Positions 63,001 through 64,000 of a DNA stretch of 64,000 nucleotides are shown piece after piece. The stretch is from assembly GCA_037447605.1 (NCBI GenBank), contig CM074805.1, forward strand, positions 1,459,361 through 1,523,360, in the 5' to 3' direction. The translations under genes and the position numbers were made by a program. The notes under the pieces were generated by a model that was given only the letters and a program-made list of their open reading frames with translations, searched no databases and had not been told where the DNA came from. This DNA is from Zygnema circumcarinatum SAG 698-1b (lineage: Eukaryota > Plantae > Zygnematophyceae). Every line of letters starts with the position of its first letter. Within the stretch, counting starts at the first letter, position 1.

Positions 63001-64000
63001 AGAGGGCTTTACTGGCCTAAAGACTTGCAAGACAGAATGAAGCCTGCACACACTACTCGATTACTGCCAAAATATGGCAGTTGACAAAGACAGATGGTTC
63101 AAAGTTTAGAGTCGAATGGTCTGTGCAGAGAAAGTTGGGGGAGAAGAGCGCTCACCAATCTGCGAAGCTGCAGAAGTGTAAAGTGGGCGAGGCCTATTCC
63201 CTGGGGGCGATTCCATTTCGCGAAAAACTACATCTTCATCCAAAGCGTAGTGCTGTCTGACCTGCACCGCAGAGGCAGATCCGAAGCAGCGAGCACTTGA
63301 ATACTCTGCAGCTTTATAATCTCGCTAACGGGGGGGGTGAGCTGCAGCTGCGGTTCCGTTTAGGCATAATCTACGGCACTTCTTTACCTGCTCTTAGAGC
63401 AAGGCCGTACGAATGATACGAAAGAGGCGAGCTCCAATCCTCCAGGTTTAAGAGTGCATATGCTTCCACTCTTAAAGCTCAGAGGTGATATGCGGACGGG
63501 CTACAAACCATGCAAACATGGCATTGACATTCATCGTAAAATAGAAGTGACATTCCGTTTCAGGAAACAGGAGGTCGTACCTTTTGCAAGAGGCCGTGCA
63601 GAGAATCGCCGAAATACTCGTCGTATTGGCGGCTCATGCATTCGCTCTGAAGCCGACCACCCCATTTATACACACCTGAGGGCCACATTCAGCGAACAGG
63701 CAAAAATCATCAATTGTGCTGCCTCACAACACAGATAAAAGCTGCACCTATCAGCCTTTCATAGTCGGCAAGAAGAATGAACTAAGGACTGCTTTAATAA
63801 GCCATTCAAATAGCAGACAGCGTCATTGTCAGCAAAATTGTTCACAGTAACCACGTTTCAGCAGGCAGATACAGAGAATCCAACGATAACATCAATAAGA
63901 AGGTCCACAAATACGACATCTTGTCTCACCAGTGACATCAATCTTGAGAGATTCGTGAAGAAAGCCTCCGGCGGTATCAATGCTTCTCATCTTTGCCAGA
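57012..64000 (-). CDS. MSH1: MutS homolog 1 (organellar MSH1), 5' part outside the window; C-terminal GIY-YIG-like domain degenerate
   Basis: MSH1-specific blocks: NRPRPLY...QIG, GVPSLLQVLLP, YLRELLLNPP, SKLVKLL...NHVE, SWRGRVK, GLVPYW, LLTGPNGGGKSSILRS, DSPADGKSSFQ, DELCKGTE, IISTHLH, GEC|RESLAF. Last two exons encode VYIVRLQNGQYHVGI|APNIRRRV... Confidence 0.93.

Overview
Eukaryotic nuclear DNA with intron-rich GT-AG genes and five 10-N scaffold gaps. The gene content (CDPKs, LRL bHLH, MSH1) points to a streptophyte plant or alga; the species cannot be fixed from sequence alone. I spliced the genes by hand. Host genes in order: RING-CH/MARCH E3 ligase (+, 1579-5088), CDPK-like gene (+, 20339-25576), LRL-class bHLH (-, 26757 to about 30538), canonical CDPK (-, 31909-36043), TRZ/ATZ-family amidohydrolase (-, 38189-45813), peroxisomal (SKL) quinone oxidoreductase-like gene (+, 47423-51547), GT23/FUT8-like glycosyltransferase (+, about 53215-55905), and a 5'-truncated MSH1 (-, 57012 to beyond 64000). 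About 6-19 kb is a transposon graveyard: a long-TIR foldback/MULE-like element, Tc1/mariner-type MITEs, a hAT (BED + DUF659-type) transposase, and Gypsy and Copia remnants and LTRs. Two observations stand out. (1) The first CDPK is an intact 11-exon pseudokinase (HRD to LRN, DFG to DFT, no Gly loop) with four canonical EF-hands, lying next to an active paralogue with identical intron positions. (2) The MSH1 C-terminal GIY-YIG domain appears to have lost its catalytic residues while the ATPase motifs are intact. Other points of interest are tRNA-cloverleaf relics inside LTR-like segments, a MITE inserted into another element's target-site duplication, and an MSA/G-box tandem array in a divergent promoter. 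Comparisons to known proteins are from recalled consensus motifs, not from database searches.
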